Of a DNA stretch of 64,000 bases, positions 1 through 10,893 are shown in pieces. Position numbers and translations under genes: made by a program. Under the pieces are notes generated by a model. The model was not told where the DNA came from, did not search any database, and worked only from the letters and a program-made list of their open reading frames with translations. This stretch comes from an uncultured Gammaproteobacteria bacterium (GTDB taxonomy: Bacteria; Pseudomonadota; Gammaproteobacteria; Steroidobacterales; Steroidobacteraceae): the NCBI GenBank assembly GCA_963745705.1, contig CAVUYL010000011.1, positions 8,535 through 72,534 on the forward strand. The letters run 5' to 3'. Numbering within the stretch: position 1 is the stretch's first letter; every line of letters starts with the position of its first letter.

Positions 1-54
1 GGATGTTCTCTGGATATTCATTTTTCCGCTGCTGTACATGGTTGGTCGCCGGCT

Positions 55-327
55 ATGAAAAAAGAGTGGAACTTACCTTTGGTGGTGTGGTGCGCGCTGT
101 GCGGGTTGACGCTCCTATCGGTGGCTCTTATCGAGGAGGCATGGCAGCGCAGTGTCGCCTCGATTCTCATCGTGCTGATTGCCGCCGTGAAATCACGGCT
201 GGTCATTCTGCACTACATGGAGGCAAACCGCGCCTTAATACACTGGCGCTTCCTGTATGCGACGTGGATTTTCGCGGTGAGTGCGACGATCATCATTGGT
301 TACGTGATGAGTCTTGGTGCGGATTGA
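55..327 (+). CDS. small 3-TM membrane protein, possibly of the prokaryotic cytochrome c oxidase subunit IV-like family
   Basis: 90-aa ORF with three hydrophobic helices. The VKSRLVILHYME segment resembles CoxIV-family small proteins. Assignment is by recall only. Confidence 0.45.
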   Translation: MKKEWNLPLVVWCALCGLTLLSVALIEEAWQRSVASILIVLIAAVKSRLVILHYMEANRALIHWRFLYATWIFAVSATIIIGYVMSLGAD

Positions 328-474
328 TGGGTCATTGGTGTCGACCGCACGTCGGGTTTTTAATCGGCCGCTCGATGATGCTTACGAGCCGCGAGAGTCA
401 CCAGTGCGGCTGCGTGATTTCTGCGTGACCCAGTCGTGCTTTGTTGTGCTATTGCTGCGCAGCTGTGGGCGAGA

Positions 475-1401
475 TCAACCGCCGGTACGTGCGTTGAGCG
501 CCGGATCGTGAGCAAACGCCTCTGCGATGAAGTCCATGAACGCGCGTGCTCGCCGCGGCAGCAGCCGGTTGGCAGCATAGACAAATTGGATGGGCACGGG
601 TGGCCCGTGATGTTCAATGAGCAAAGAGCGTACGCGGCGATCGGCGAGCGCGTCTTCAAACAACCAACTCGGCGCGTAGGCGATACCGATTCCATCGAGC
701 ACTGCACTGCGGATGCCATCCGGAGTATTCACGCGAAAGCGTCCACCAACCACCACATCGACGTCTCGAAAGGACCAGGTGCTGCCGGCAGAGGAGAGCG
801 TGTAGAGGATACAATTGTGACTGCGCAGATCGTTCGGGTTTGTCGGTGTCGAATGTTCAGCCAGATACTCGTTGCTTGCGACACAGAGTCGCTCGGCGGC
901 GCCAATGCGCCGTGCCTTGAGCGCACTGTCTTTAAGGGTCCCGATGCGGATTGCCAGATCAATTCCCTCCTCGACCAGATCGATGTAGCGATCGCCGATC
1001 TGCAAATCGATCTCCATTCCCGGGAACCGCGCCAGGATCGCCTTCACTTGGGGCAGGATATGGGAGCGACCGAGCGCCGTGGGGCAGGCCACACGCAATA
1101 GACCCTGCGGGGCATCTTCGCCGCGTGCGTTCGACTCGGCCTCTGTGATGGCATCGATGATACGTCTCGTCTCGCTGTAAAAGCGCTCCCCCTCCGGGGT
1201 CAGGGTGAGCTTGCGGGTCGAGCGGTGGAGCAGCCGCGTCCCCAGATGCCTCTCAAGCGCGGCGATGTGCCGGCTGACATTCGGTTGTCCCGTCCCCAGT
1301 TCTCGAGCGACGGCGGAGAAGCTTCCGGTCTCGACCACTCGGGCAAAGCTGCGCATGAGAAGAAATCTATCCATGGGTACGTCTCGAGCTGGGAGATTCA
1401 T
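475..1401 (-). CDS. LysR-family transcriptional regulator
   Basis: N-terminal wHTH (MDRFLLMRSFARVVETGSFSAVARELGTGQPNVSRHIAALE) plus a LysR substrate-binding domain. The true start is probably the second Met at 1374 (MDRF...), because the palindrome at 1396-1418 overlaps the first ATG. Confidence 0.9.
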   Translation of the reverse strand: MNLPARDVPMDRFLLMRSFARVVETGSFSAVARELGTGQPNVSRHIAALERHLGTRLLHRSTRKLTLTPEGERFYSETRRIIDAITEAESNARGEDAPQGLLRVACPTALGRSHILPQVKAILARFPGMEIDLQIGDRYIDLVEEGIDLAIRIGTLKDSALKARRIGAAERLCVASNEYLAEHSTPTNPNDLRSHNCILYTLSSAGSTWSFRDVDVVVGGRFRVNTPDGIRSAVLDGIGIAYAPSWLFEDALADRRVRSLLIEHHGPPVPIQFVYAANRLLPRRARAFMDFIAEAFAHDPALNARTGG

Positions 1402-1418
1402 GCATATATCGCATGAAT
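1396..1418. promoter_or_regulatory. perfect 8-bp inverted repeat ATTCATGC-N7-GCATGAAT, candidate LysR operator
   Basis: Read directly from the sequence. It lies in the divergent region between the LysR gene and the SDR gene and has the interrupted-dyad layout typical of LysR-type binding sites. Confidence 0.4.
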
Positions 1419-1549
1419 ATTATGCCAGATTGACCGACTTATCTAAGTGGGAGAAGAGGGGGACACTGTGAGTAGGTACTAAACGTTCTGAAACCGCCCG
1501 GCGGTGCTGGGCGCCGCGCCTTGTAGGCGAAACATAGATAGGTGAAACC

Positions 1550-2281
1550 ATGAAGAAGCTCGACAACAAGGTGGCCGTGATTACCGGCGGCACCTCAGGT
1601 ATGGGACTGGCCACGGCAAAGCGATTCGTGGCCGAAGGCGCCTATGTGTTCATCATGGGTCGTCGCCAGCGCGAACTCGATGCGGCGGTGAAGGAGATCG
1701 GCACCCGTGTCACGGGCGTGCAGGGTGATATCGCCAAATTAACGGACCTCGATCGGCTGTATGAAATTGTCAAAGCGCAGAAGGGCCGCGTCGACATTGT
1801 CTTCGCCAATGCGGGCGTCGGCGAATTCGCGGCCACAGCTGCTATGACCGAGGCTCATTTCGATACGACGTTCGACGTCAACGTCAAAGGCACGCTGTTC
1901 ACCGTGCAAAAGGCACTGCCGCTCTTCAATGAGGGCGGATCCATTATCCTCACTGGCTCAATCGCCACGGTCAAAGGCATTCCCGCGTTCGGAGTCTACA
2001 GTGCCAGCAAAGCAGCCATCCGTTCCTTTGTCCGCACCTGGACACTGGAGCTCAAGGATCGCAAGATCCGCGCCAACGTCATTAGTCCCGGCACGATCGA
2101 CACACCGATCTTGGCGCCACTCCCGAAGGAGGCCATCGCTCAAATCGTCGCCAGCATCCCGATGGGACGCATGGGTAGCGCGGATGAAATTGCCAAAGCG
2201 GCCGTATTTCTGGCGTCGGACGACTCGAGTTTTGTCACCGGCATCGAATTGTTTGTGGATGGCGGTACGGCGCAGGTCTGA
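1550..2281 (+). CDS. SDR-family oxidoreductase
   Basis: TGGTSGMG Rossmann motif and YSASKAA catalytic motif; 243 aa. Confidence 0.9.
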   Translation: MKKLDNKVAVITGGTSGMGLATAKRFVAEGAYVFIMGRRQRELDAAVKEIGTRVTGVQGDIAKLTDLDRLYEIVKAQKGRVDIVFANAGVGEFAATAAMTEAHFDTTFDVNVKGTLFTVQKALPLFNEGGSIILTGSIATVKGIPAFGVYSASKAAIRSFVRTWTLELKDRKIRANVISPGTIDTPILAPLPKEAIAQIVASIPMGRMGSADEIAKAAVFLASDDSSFVTGIELFVDGGTAQV

Positions 2282-2409
2282 CGCAAATCGCGGTAAAGTA
2301 CCCTACGGTGTAGATCTCGAAGTTGCCATGGTCAAATGAACACGGTGCGTACGCCGCGGCGGTGTCGTCTTATGATCGCTCAATAAAATAGACACCCGGA
2401 GCTGAAGCC

Positions 2410-3285
2410 ATGACTGACGATACCGCCTACACACCGCCCAAGGTTTGGGCCTGGACCAAGGGAAACGGGGGCCAGTTCGCCAACATCAACCGCCCGGTGG
2501 CGGGGCCGACGCACGAGAAGGATCTGCCTGTGGGGCGCCACCCGCTGCAGCTCTATTCATTGGCCACGCCCAATGGTGTGAAGGTGACGGTGATGCTGGA
2601 GGAACTGCTGGCGCGCGGTCACGCGGGCGCGGAGTATGACGCCTGGCTGATCAACATTCGCGAGGGCGATCAGTTCGGTTCGGGCTTCGTGGGCGTGAAT
2701 CCGAACTCCAAGATTCCGGCCCTGATGGACCGCAGCGGGCAGACCCCCATCCGCGTCTTCGAATCCGGCGCGATATTGATCCATTTGGCTGAGAAGTTCG
2801 GCGCCTTCCTGCCTTCGGAGCCCGCGGCGCGGGCGGAGTGCTTGTCGTGGCTGATGTGGCAAATGGGCTCGGCGCCGTACCTTGGCGGCGGCTTCGGCCA
2901 CTTCTATGCCTATGCGCCGACCAAGATCGAATACGCCATCGACCGCTTCGCCATGGAGGTGAAGCGGCAGATGGACGTGCTAGATCGGCGCCTGGACGAG
3001 AACGAGTACCTGGGCGGAACGCACTACACCATCGCCGACATGGCGGTCTGGCCCTGGTACGGCGCGCTCGCCAAGGGCCTGGTCTACGAGGCTGGCGAGT
3101 TCCTGCAGGTGGCCGACTACAAGAACGTCCAGCGCTGGACCGATGCGATCGCCAAGCGACCGGCGGTGCAGCGCGGGCGGATGGTGAACCGCATCTACGG
3201 CGACCCGGCGAGCCAGCTGCGCGAGCGACACGAGGCAAGCGACTTCGACACCAAGACGCAGGACAAGGTCGCCCCCGCGGGGTGA
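2410..3285 (+). CDS. yghU: YghU-type glutathione S-transferase (glutathione-dependent disulfide-bond oxidoreductase)
   Basis: Collinear over the full length with E. coli YghU as I recall it (PKVWAWTKGNGGQFANINRPVAGPTHEKDLPVGRHPLQLYSLATPNG...). Confidence 0.93.
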   Translation: MTDDTAYTPPKVWAWTKGNGGQFANINRPVAGPTHEKDLPVGRHPLQLYSLATPNGVKVTVMLEELLARGHAGAEYDAWLINIREGDQFGSGFVGVNPNSKIPALMDRSGQTPIRVFESGAILIHLAEKFGAFLPSEPAARAECLSWLMWQMGSAPYLGGGFGHFYAYAPTKIEYAIDRFAMEVKRQMDVLDRRLDENEYLGGTHYTIADMAVWPWYGALAKGLVYEAGEFLQVADYKNVQRWTDAIAKRPAVQRGRMVNRIYGDPASQLRERHEASDFDTKTQDKVAPAG

Positions 3286-3380
3286 GGGGTGCAATAAGTA
3301 TGTCGCGGCCGCGATGCGACCGTGGGTGGGGGCGTTGCCCAACTCGCCGTCGATCCCGCGCTAGCCCTAAGCCGGACAGG

Positions 3381-5264
3381 TCACTTGGCATTGACGGCGG
3401 TGAGTGTGTTGATGCCCTCAAGATAGAGAACGCCATTGCTCGACAGCGCTAGATTGCCTGTGACGGGGTAACTCCAAACCGTCTTATGCGTCGTTATGTC
3501 GACTGCGTACGTAGACAGATTGGTGCTGACGAATGCCAGGTTTTTTGTAAGCAGCACCTCGCTCTTGAATCCGACATCGCCGGAGGCCGGGGGCACCCAG
3601 TTCCACAACAGAGATCCGTCGGTTTCCGAGCGCGCTTCCAGTTGCATCGGGTTGTTGTTCACAGCGTAGAGCACTCCAGCGTTGTAAGCAGGAGTAGCTG
3701 GGTAATCTCCTGCCGACTGCCAATCGACCGTCAGAGCTTGGGTGTTGAAATGAATCAGAGAATTGCCGATGCCGCCGCCATTCAGCCAGCTGTTGTCGTA
3801 GGCTGCTGCGAACGCGGAATTTGCTGTACCCAACACGACCGAGCCGCCAACCACGTAGATGTAATTGGTAAATGTGGGATCGACGATGGAGCCTTTTACC
3901 TGGCCGGTCAGGGGATCAATGAGACTGAGCCGCGATCCGAAGTATGCATATACGGTGTTCTCGTCGGCCGCGGGAGTCCAAGCGGATTGCTGATCAAGCT
4001 GGGTGAAGAATAGCTGCTGGCCCGCGAAGCCGAAGCCATACATCCCGCCGTAGGTACCGGCATTCGTGTAAACGCCGTCGGGGCCAATCGTTGGCGCCAG
4101 ATAGTTTTCCCACTGGGAAGACATCTGCGACTTGAAAGTCAGCGAACCTGAAATCGCGTCAAACGCGAACATGTAGGTCGATGACTGCTGACCCGCGGCG
4201 ATATAAACAATTCCGTTGGATACTGCTGGCGGGTTTGCGGATGGAAAAGCCAGCCCGCTAAAATCGTATCGCCACACGAGACTCGCATCCAATTCCATTC
4301 GTGCCTCCAGCGCATTGCCACCGGCTATGTAGTACATGCCGTTGTAGGTCGTCACCGTTGCTAGATTGACCAGTTCGTTGAAGTATTGGTTTGTTGTTAC
4401 CCCGTGCTGCCATCGTGTGATCAGTTGATCGGGGGATATCGTTACCGGCACGAACCCGGTATGGGCGGAGTTTCCTTGGAAGGTTTGCCAATCTGGCACG
4501 TTGGCCCAAGCGGTCAGCGCAGTCTGGTTGTCCCCCGGCCAATTTGAGGTGGGTGACATGATGCGGATGTCGTAGTTCGTAGAAACGCTCGAAACCGGTT
4601 GGGCATTATTGCAATCTGAATCACTGCACAATTTCAGCGTGGCCGCGCCTGAGTATTCGGCAGCCGTCGCCGCAGTGGAGGTGGCGAACTCGAGTGTAAA
4701 GGTGCCGTCATTGTTGTTTGCGACCGACACGGGCTTCGCAAATACATTATTAGGATCGCTCGCCATCGAGAATAGCGTGCCGGCGAACTGAAGGTATCGC
4801 GGCTGGATCATGACATCCACATACACGGCAGTGCCTGCCACCACGGTTCGCTTGATGCTCGACTCAGACACTACGTCGACAGATCCTACTGCGAACTGAA
4901 GCGTGGCCGTCGCGGAGCCGCGGTTGTTTGTTGCCTTTACGACATAGGAGGTTTTTGGGGTTGCCGCGGTAGGCGTGCCCGAGATGGCGCCGGACGTCGT
5001 GTCCAGCGTCAGGCCAGCAGGCAACGGAGGAGTAACACTGTAGGCACTTACGGTACCCGTCACGGTCGGCGTTAGCGCAGGCATCGCTACTCCCACCACC
5101 GGAGTTCCAACATTTGGATAGGCCAATCCGCTCGGAGCCTGGGTCATCGGCGGCGGCGGGCTTGCAGGGTTGCCGCCACCTCCTCCGCCACAACCCGTGA
5201 GCATCAACGTGATTCCCGCCACAAGCGCGGCGTAACAACGCGCGCGTCCGGATTGCGCAATCAT
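3381..5264 (-). CDS. lipoprotein with an N-terminal Ig-like domain and a PQQ-like beta-propeller
   Basis: Lipobox LMLTGC followed by a Gly run. LPAGLTLDTTSGAISGTPT matches the putative-Ig motif, and the C-terminal half is repetitive and propeller-like. GGGAG Shine-Dalgarno upstream. Confidence 0.8.
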   Translation of the reverse strand: MIAQSGRARCYAALVAGITLMLTGCGGGGGGNPASPPPPMTQAPSGLAYPNVGTPVVGVAMPALTPTVTGTVSAYSVTPPLPAGLTLDTTSGAISGTPTAATPKTSYVVKATNNRGSATATLQFAVGSVDVVSESSIKRTVVAGTAVYVDVMIQPRYLQFAGTLFSMASDPNNVFAKPVSVANNNDGTFTLEFATSTAATAAEYSGAATLKLCSDSDCNNAQPVSSVSTNYDIRIMSPTSNWPGDNQTALTAWANVPDWQTFQGNSAHTGFVPVTISPDQLITRWQHGVTTNQYFNELVNLATVTTYNGMYYIAGGNALEARMELDASLVWRYDFSGLAFPSANPPAVSNGIVYIAAGQQSSTYMFAFDAISGSLTFKSQMSSQWENYLAPTIGPDGVYTNAGTYGGMYGFGFAGQQLFFTQLDQQSAWTPAADENTVYAYFGSRLSLIDPLTGQVKGSIVDPTFTNYIYVVGGSVVLGTANSAFAAAYDNSWLNGGGIGNSLIHFNTQALTVDWQSAGDYPATPAYNAGVLYAVNNNPMQLEARSETDGSLLWNWVPPASGDVGFKSEVLLTKNLAFVSTNLSTYAVDITTHKTVWSYPVTGNLALSSNGVLYLEGINTLTAVNAK

Positions 5265-5462
5265 CTTTAACTCCCTGTATTCCCTTAAAGACCTTAGAAA
5301 TCGCGTTATTGTCGGGCTGGCATCGCATTGTAAGTTATACGTGTACAGATATCACTGCGGGCGTTTTGCGATGTCAAAGAAACGCTGCGTTCAAGAGTAC
5401 CAACCTGTCTTAGGCCCAGTTCCAAAGGCTATCCTGACCGAATCGACTTGCCGGAGAACACT

Positions 5463-5480
5463 CCTTACATTATAGTAAGG
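5463..5480. promoter_or_regulatory. palindrome CCTTAC-ATTATA-GTAAGG upstream of vapB, candidate autoregulatory operator or -10 region
   Basis: Read from the sequence, 24 nt upstream of the vapB GTG. Type II antitoxins commonly bind palindromes in their own promoter. Confidence 0.3.
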
Positions 5481-5503
5481 CAATACTTTTGAGGTAACCT
5501 GCC

Positions 5504-5746
5504 GTGACCACCGCGACCCTGACCAGCAAGGGCCAAATCACCATTCCAGCCGAGGTCCGTGAGGCACTCGGTGTGGATACCGGCGATCGCGTGGAGTTTG
5601 TCGAGGTAGCGCCGGGCCGCTATGAATTCATTGCGGCAACGAAATCAGTCACCGCCCTGAAGGGGATGTTCGGCAAACCCCGCAAATCGGTATCGATTCA
5701 GGAAATGAACGCTGCGATCGCCCGTCGTGGTGCGGCCGGGAAATGA
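5504..5746 (+). CDS. vapB: AbrB/MazE/SpoVT-family antitoxin (VapB-like)
   Basis: LTSKGQITIPAEVREALGV swapped-hairpin motif, GTG start with a GAGG Shine-Dalgarno, and a 4-nt ATGA overlap with the PIN gene. Confidence 0.85.
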   Translation: MTTATLTSKGQITIPAEVREALGVDTGDRVEFVEVAPGRYEFIAATKSVTALKGMFGKPRKSVSIQEMNAAIARRGAAGK

Positions 5747-6138
5747 TCGGCCTCGATACCAACGTCCTTGTTCGCTACATCATGCAGGATGACGCTAAGC
5801 AAGCCCCACTGGCGACACGACTCGTGGAGTCGCTGTCCGCGGACGCTCGCGGCTTTGTTCCCTTAGTTGCCGTGGTAGAGCTCGCCTGGGTTCTGTCGTC
5901 CGCTTACGATCTCAAGCAAGAACAACTCGTGCAAGCCTTCGAAGGTTTGTTGCGTACGAAGGAATTAGTCATCGAGCGGGCAGAAGTCGTCTGGCAAGCG
6001 TTGCGCGCCTTTCAATCCGCGAACTCCGATTTTGCCGACTGCCTGATCGCACGCTCGGCCGCATCCGCCGGATGTGAGAAAACGATGACCTTTGATCGTG
6101 GAGCCGCGAAGAGCGCGGGCATGATACTCATCGCGTGA
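5743..6138 (+). CDS. vapC: PIN-domain ribonuclease toxin (VapC)
   Basis: N-terminal LDTNVLVRY with the acidic PIN residues, 131 aa, translationally coupled to the antitoxin. Confidence 0.9.
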   Translation: MIGLDTNVLVRYIMQDDAKQAPLATRLVESLSADARGFVPLVAVVELAWVLSSAYDLKQEQLVQAFEGLLRTKELVIERAEVVWQALRAFQSANSDFADCLIARSAASAGCEKTMTFDRGAAKSAGMILIA

Positions 6139-6328
6139 CGTCAGAGTGCGGTAGGGGAGGGCGCTGCGCCTCACCCCCGCGGGGCCGCCCAGCCACCTGC
6201 TGGTAACGGTCACCCGCTAGCCCCGGACAGCTTCAAACATTGGCGACTGTTCTAGGCGAAGCTCCCAAACGCGCGTGAAAACTGGACGCGGCCAAAGAAT
6301 TCCCATGTTCGTGAACAATGGAAGACGC

Positions 6329-6496
6329 TCACGTCGCCTGTCGCGCTGACTGAGTCGACGCATGAGCGGATGCGATGACGACTGACTGCCGCTGCGATTC
6401 GCTGTCGAAGACATGAACCAATCCGACCACGATCACGCTGTTCATTGCCAGAGCGACAGTAAGAGCAATGATTTTTAACCCTGTCTGAGCATTCAT
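6329..6496 (-). CDS. small single-TM hypothetical protein (55 aa)
   Basis: Internal ATG preceded by a strong AAGGAGA Shine-Dalgarno. TM helix LKIIALTVALAMNSVIVVGLV. No family recognised. Confidence 0.4.
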   Translation of the reverse strand: MNAQTGLKIIALTVALAMNSVIVVGLVHVFDSESQRQSVVIASAHASTQSARQAT

Positions 6497-6908
6497 GTGA
6501 GTCTCCTTGAGTTGGTACGGGGTCCAGATCTTGCGGTTCAATATCCGGCCCACACTAAGATCAGAGCAAGCATCGTGCCAACTGCAGGAATACGCTAAGT
6601 CGCGAATCTTGAAAGGATTATTTTGCCGACAGTTGACCACGGACATTTGCGGACGGTGTCCGCGGACAGCCGCGGACAGTTGAGCACCGGCCGGCGATGA
6701 CGGCATTTACATTGTGATGAGTGCGACACGGCGATCCGTGGCGCTGAAAATGCGTCTCGATTTTGACTGCGTCTGGATTTCGTACCTGAACCGGTGCGCC
6801 GGCGACACCCATCACAACTCCCGCCTCGCGGAGCCGCGCGTCGTGCGCGTGTCCCGATCGTCGAGGTCCGGCAGGGGCTTGTTAAGGCCCCGGCCGGACG
6901 TGGTGCAT

Positions 6909-9900
6909 TTACTGAATCGTGTACGTATACGGGATCGCGGCCAGTTCATCGCCCGAAATATTACCGTACGGAGGCACATTGCTGAGGAAGTCGTCGACGT
7001 ACAAGGTTCCCGTGACCAGCGTGCCCGACGCTCCGGACGGTGTGATCGTCACATTGATGGTGGCCGTCTGGCCGGGGTTGATCACTATCGGCGAGAACGA
7101 CACTGCCGGGTTCGCGGATGCCAGCCAGACGTTGCCCGTATCGGAGGTCACGGCGGGATCGAAAGCCTTCGTCTGCGCCGTCATCGAGACCATCGCGGAT
7201 CCCGCGGGTGCCCCACCGGCGGGGTAGGGCCCGCATTCCGTGGGGTTCGCGCCCCACAGACCTGCAGTCACGGTGCCTCCCGGCGGCGTGTAGGAAGCCG
7301 ACGCCGTCGTCGCGCACAGCGACGCCGCACTAAAGCTGGCGCTCGGCAGATCCGGGTCGCCCGCCCACGTACTGAAATCGAACATGGCGGGCAGGCTCGA
7401 GGTCTGCGACACCGAGACGCTCGATGTCTGCGTCGGAACGAGCCAAAACGGAGGATTGCCCGTATTCGGCAGCGCGATGCTGCCGGAAGTGCCGAACTGC
7501 GTTGCCAGAACCAGGCTCGTGCTCGCGTTCAACCGCGCATCGACGAAGAAGCCCTGTGCCGCCGCACCGTTGTTGGTGATCGTCACCGGGATCGTCACCG
7601 GGACGCCTGCCGGGAGCAGGGTAGCGGCACTCTTCGGCACGCCGGAGGCGCTGACGTCGACGTGGTTGAACCGGATGTTGCCGGTGTAGGGCTGCGAGAT
7701 CTCGTCGCCGACCACGGGGTTTGCGAAGTCTACGACCAAAGTCCAGGTACCGGGCACCGGGTTCAGCGTAAAGGCCGTCAGCGACAATCCATTGATGCCG
7801 TTGAGGGAATTCTGACCGTAGCCGAGCGTGTCGCCATCCGGGCTGATCAGATATGCCCCCACCGGATCGTTCGCGTCATTGGTCAGCGACACGTTGGCCG
7901 TGATGTCCTTGACGCCGCGCCCGACGTTGAATTCATAGTACTGCGTCTGTCCTTCGCCGGGTGGGCGACCGTTGCCGCCGGTCAGCACGCCGCTGAAGCG
8001 ACCACCGTGTGCGACATCCACGAGGCTGCGCAGCGTCACTGGGATTGACGTGGTTCCGCCAGAGCCACTGTCCGAACTCAACATGATCGACCCGGACGCA
8101 TCGCCAGGAGCAGTGGGCGTCGCGGCGGAGATCGTGACCGCTTTGCTTTGGCCGCGCGCCAGCAGCAGGCTGCCCGGCTCGATCGATCCGAACGATTGGT
8201 ACTGCTGCGTCGCGACCCGCCACGGGACAGTCCCGTTGGTGCCGCCGGCGCTGGCGACGTCACCGAAGATGACGCCGGTCCAACGTCCGGGAGCGGGGAA
8301 CCTCACATCCACGTTGCCGAAGTTACCGACACCCTGCGGTAGCGAGTGCGCCGCGAACCGGCCCTGCGGGTCAATCAAGATCAGCCGTACGCGCGAATTG
8401 TTCCCGTTGGCCGGATTGCCGGGGTACGCGATCGACGCGTCAAGCCGGTCTGCACGCGGCGGCACCTGGAAATGGATGACTGCGTAGTTGTTCTGAAGCC
8501 CCTGGTAGTTCGCGAACTGCGGACTCGTCGCGTCGTTGAGCACGACGGAGCCGGTCTGCACGTGCTGATCCGGCCCGAGGGTGCGGCCGCTGAGTTCCAC
8601 GGCTTGCGGGTACCCGCCGGTGTTGGTGACGGTCACGGTCCAGTGCTGCTCGGTGCCGGGCATGCCCACCGCGTTCAGCTGATTCGACGAAAGGAGCAGC
8701 GTGTTGCCGACCGGCGCCGGTGCGCCATCGGCGGTGTGAATGGACTCGGCGAGCAGCACCGCCTGGTACGAGTTCAGCAGTCCGGCGCCCTGCTCAGTCG
8801 CCGGAAGGCCAAGATCGGTCGCGCTGCTGATCAGGATCTGCCTGACCAGTGCCGGCGTCGGAGAGGCGCCGCCGTGAGTCTTACGGTAGGCCTGGATCAC
8901 CAGCGCCGCCGCACCGGCCACGAACGGAGACGACTCGCTGGTGCCGCCGGCCTCCTCGATGATCGAAGGCTGACCCGGGAAATTGATGCATCCGTAAAAG
9001 AGCGGGTAGCTCGCGTCGCACGAGGCGACGCTGATGTCGCCGGGCGCGATCAAGCTGACGGTGCCGCCGGTCTCGTTGTAGCCGCCCGAGCTCAGCGAGC
9101 TGAAATTGTTGCTGAGCCAGCCCGTCGTCGCGAAGTAATTCGCGGCGGCGTAGTCGGTTTGCACGTAAAACTGGAACTGCGTCGATGCACCGACCGAGAG
9201 CACGAGCGGATCGGTCGACGGCGAACCGATGGTGTTGGTCGACCCGGCATCGCCGCTCGACACGCTGACCACCACGCCGGCCGCGACTGCGGCATCGTTG
9301 AACTGCTTGGTCACGTCCAGCGCTGTCACGTCCGGGAATTGGTTGGAGCCGAAGGACTCGTTGATGACGTCCACATGGTCGACCATCACCGCATATTCGA
9401 TGGCCTGCAGGAAGTTGGACTCCGTCGTGTCCTCATAGGTGCCGAACACGTCGAGGCCGACCAGCGCCGCGCCGGGAGCCACGCCCTCGATGCGCACGTT
9501 GCACGCGGAGGGATCGGCCTGGGCACTGAAACCGTTGAGGTCGTAGACCTGGATGCCCTGGCCGGCGATCGTGTTGGAGTCAAGGAACGCCTCGTCGCCG
9601 CTCGTGATCTGCCCGGGTCCGTCGCCGCTGAAGTCCTGATAGTCGCCCCCGATCGAGGGATCGAACACCGACTTGCCGTCGGGCCGGATGAAATTCACGT
9701 TGGAAGGATCCACGCCGTCAGCGATCCATGCGACCTTGACGCCTTTGCCGGTGATGCCGAGCGCACGAGCAGTCCGGGTGAACGGGTTGTCCGAAGCGGT
9801 CTGCGTCAGCGCGAGCCCTTCGGGCGCGAGTTGCACCTTGCCGTTCGCACCGCAAGCCCCTGGGATAACATGGGGCGTCAGCGACGTGCTGACGTTCGTC

Positions 9901-10325
9901 GTGGTCGCTGCGATCGACGAGGCGGTCGCGGTACGGTGCGCGCGGTGAATCACCGCATCCGGGACCACCTGGGCAACGGCCGGATTCGCCTTCAGGCGCG
10001 CAACCTCCCCATCCGACACCGTGGCCGCGACCGCGTTGACCATACGGTAGGCTTTGACGCGCTTGGCATTCACCTTGCCAAGCTCGCTCACTACGGGCCC
10101 CTGGTCGCGCGCCGCGTCCGCACCGCTGAATGCGTTCTTCATAACCACGATCACGCGACGATTGACGTTCTGCGACAATTTCGCCGCCACGTCCGCGGTC
10201 AGCGGCGCGGCCGGATCCGGCGCAGCCGCTGTGGCAAGGCCGGCAGCCGACAGACAACAGGCGGCGAACACACAGTAAAGCAGCAGATAAAATCTTGTCC
10301 CAGAATTGACGGGTGAATGGCTCAT
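6909..10325 (-). CDS. secreted subtilisin-like serine protease (peptidase S8) with an I9 propeptide and a very long C-terminal extension
   Basis: Signal peptide, inhibitor-I9-like segment, catalytic Asp (VAWIADGVD), His ([10 protein letters not shown]) and Ser ([16 protein letters not shown]). About 650 aa of beta-rich C-terminal domains. Start taken at MSHSP (10325), which has a GGGGA Shine-Dalgarno. Confidence 0.9.
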   Translation of the reverse strand: MSHSPVNSGTRFYLLLYCVFAACCLSAAGLATAAAPDPAAPLTADVAAKLSQNVNRRVIVVMKNAFSGADAARDQGPVVSELGKVNAKRVKAYRMVNAVAATVSDGEVARLKANPAVAQVVPDAVIHRAHRTATASSIAATTTNVSTSLTPHVIPGACGANGKVQLAPEGLALTQTASDNPFTRTARALGITGKGVKVAWIADGVDPSNVNFIRPDGKSVFDPSIGGDYQDFSGDGPGQITSGDEAFLDSNTIAGQGIQVYDLNGFSAQADPSACNVRIEGVAPGAALVGLDVFGTYEDTTESNFLQAIEYAVMVDHVDVINESFGSNQFPDVTALDVTKQFNDAAVAAGVVVSVSSGDAGSTNTIGSPSTDPLVLSVGASTQFQFYVQTDYAAANYFATTGWLSNNFSSLSSGGYNETGGTVSLIAPGDISVASCDASYPLFYGCINFPGQPSIIEEAGGTSESSPFVAGAAALVIQAYRKTHGGASPTPALVRQILISSATDLGLPATEQGAGLLNSYQAVLLAESIHTADGAPAPVGNTLLLSSNQLNAVGMPGTEQHWTVTVTNTGGYPQAVELSGRTLGPDQHVQTGSVVLNDATSPQFANYQGLQNNYAVIHFQVPPRADRLDASIAYPGNPANGNNSRVRLILIDPQGRFAAHSLPQGVGNFGNVDVRFPAPGRWTGVIFGDVASAGGTNGTVPWRVATQQYQSFGSIEPGSLLLARGQSKAVTISAATPTAPGDASGSIMLSSDSGSGGTTSIPVTLRSLVDVAHGGRFSGVLTGGNGRPPGEGQTQYYEFNVGRGVKDITANVSLTNDANDPVGAYLISPDGDTLGYGQNSLNGINGLSLTAFTLNPVPGTWTLVVDFANPVVGDEISQPYTGNIRFNHVDVSASGVPKSAATLLPAGVPVTIPVTITNNGAAAQGFFVDARLNASTSLVLATQFGTSGSIALPNTGNPPFWLVPTQTSSVSVSQTSSLPAMFDFSTWAGDPDLPSASFSAASLCATTASASYTPPGGTVTAGLWGANPTECGPYPAGGAPAGSAMVSMTAQTKAFDPAVTSDTGNVWLASANPAVSFSPIVINPGQTATINVTITPSGASGTLVTGTLYVDDFLSNVPPYGNISGDELAAIPYTYTIQ

Positions 10326-10415
10326 AAATTTTCCCCTGCGATGACTTATTGTTTGCGGAATCCGCATGCGGCCGGTCCGTAGATGAGCGCATTAGGATAC
10401 TTTGCGCGCCTGATT

Positions 10416-10772
10416 TCAAGGGTGTTGCTTTACATAATCATGTCGGCGAGTGCGCACCGCGATGTTGGACTTAGGCCCATGGGAGATCGTTGCGCGCGCC
10501 TGCGCATTCCAGGCCGAGTACGCCGGAATGCCCAAGGATTGCCATAGAACCGGCCTATCGTTTCGATCCAATCCATTCATTGGCGAAACCTCCAATGCTG
10601 CGTCTATCGTCAGCCCGGCTAGGCAGCGCGCGCGGGGTAGGGTACGTGATGCGCGATGCCCGGAGAAGTCGATCACTACCGCTCCTTCCGATATAAGGAA
10701 GGCGACCGGGATGCTGCCCTGGGCAGGAGCCTTGAGCGCGTTCGGTGCGGGCAGCCTGTCGCTGTTCATCAT
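10416..10772 (-). pseudogene. possible remnant of a DJ-1/PfpI-family gene
   Basis: Only the N-terminal segment IPVAFLISEGAVVIDFSG resembles DJ-1/PfpI proteins. The rest of the ORF has no recognisable similarity. Confidence 0.2.
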
Positions 10773-10893
10773 GACCTGATCTCCTGCGATGTCGCTTCAG
10801 CGAGAGTCTGGGAGACATCGCGGCTGTCCGCAATGTCAACCAGAGGTCAATTTCTGCCATCCCGATTCAGCCCGCTTGGACGGATGCAATTTC

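Noticed and set aside
2651-3436. 261-aa minus-strand ORF overlapping yghU
   Set aside because: Extremely Arg/Pro/Ser-rich antisense translation. yghU on the plus strand is unambiguous.
6714-10316. Long plus-strand ORFs (444 aa at 6714-8048 and 656 aa at 8346-10316) antisense to the S8 protease gene
   Set aside because: The translations are Arg/Gly/Asp-rich and low in complexity, typical of antisense frames in high-GC DNA. The minus-strand gene has clear catalytic motifs.
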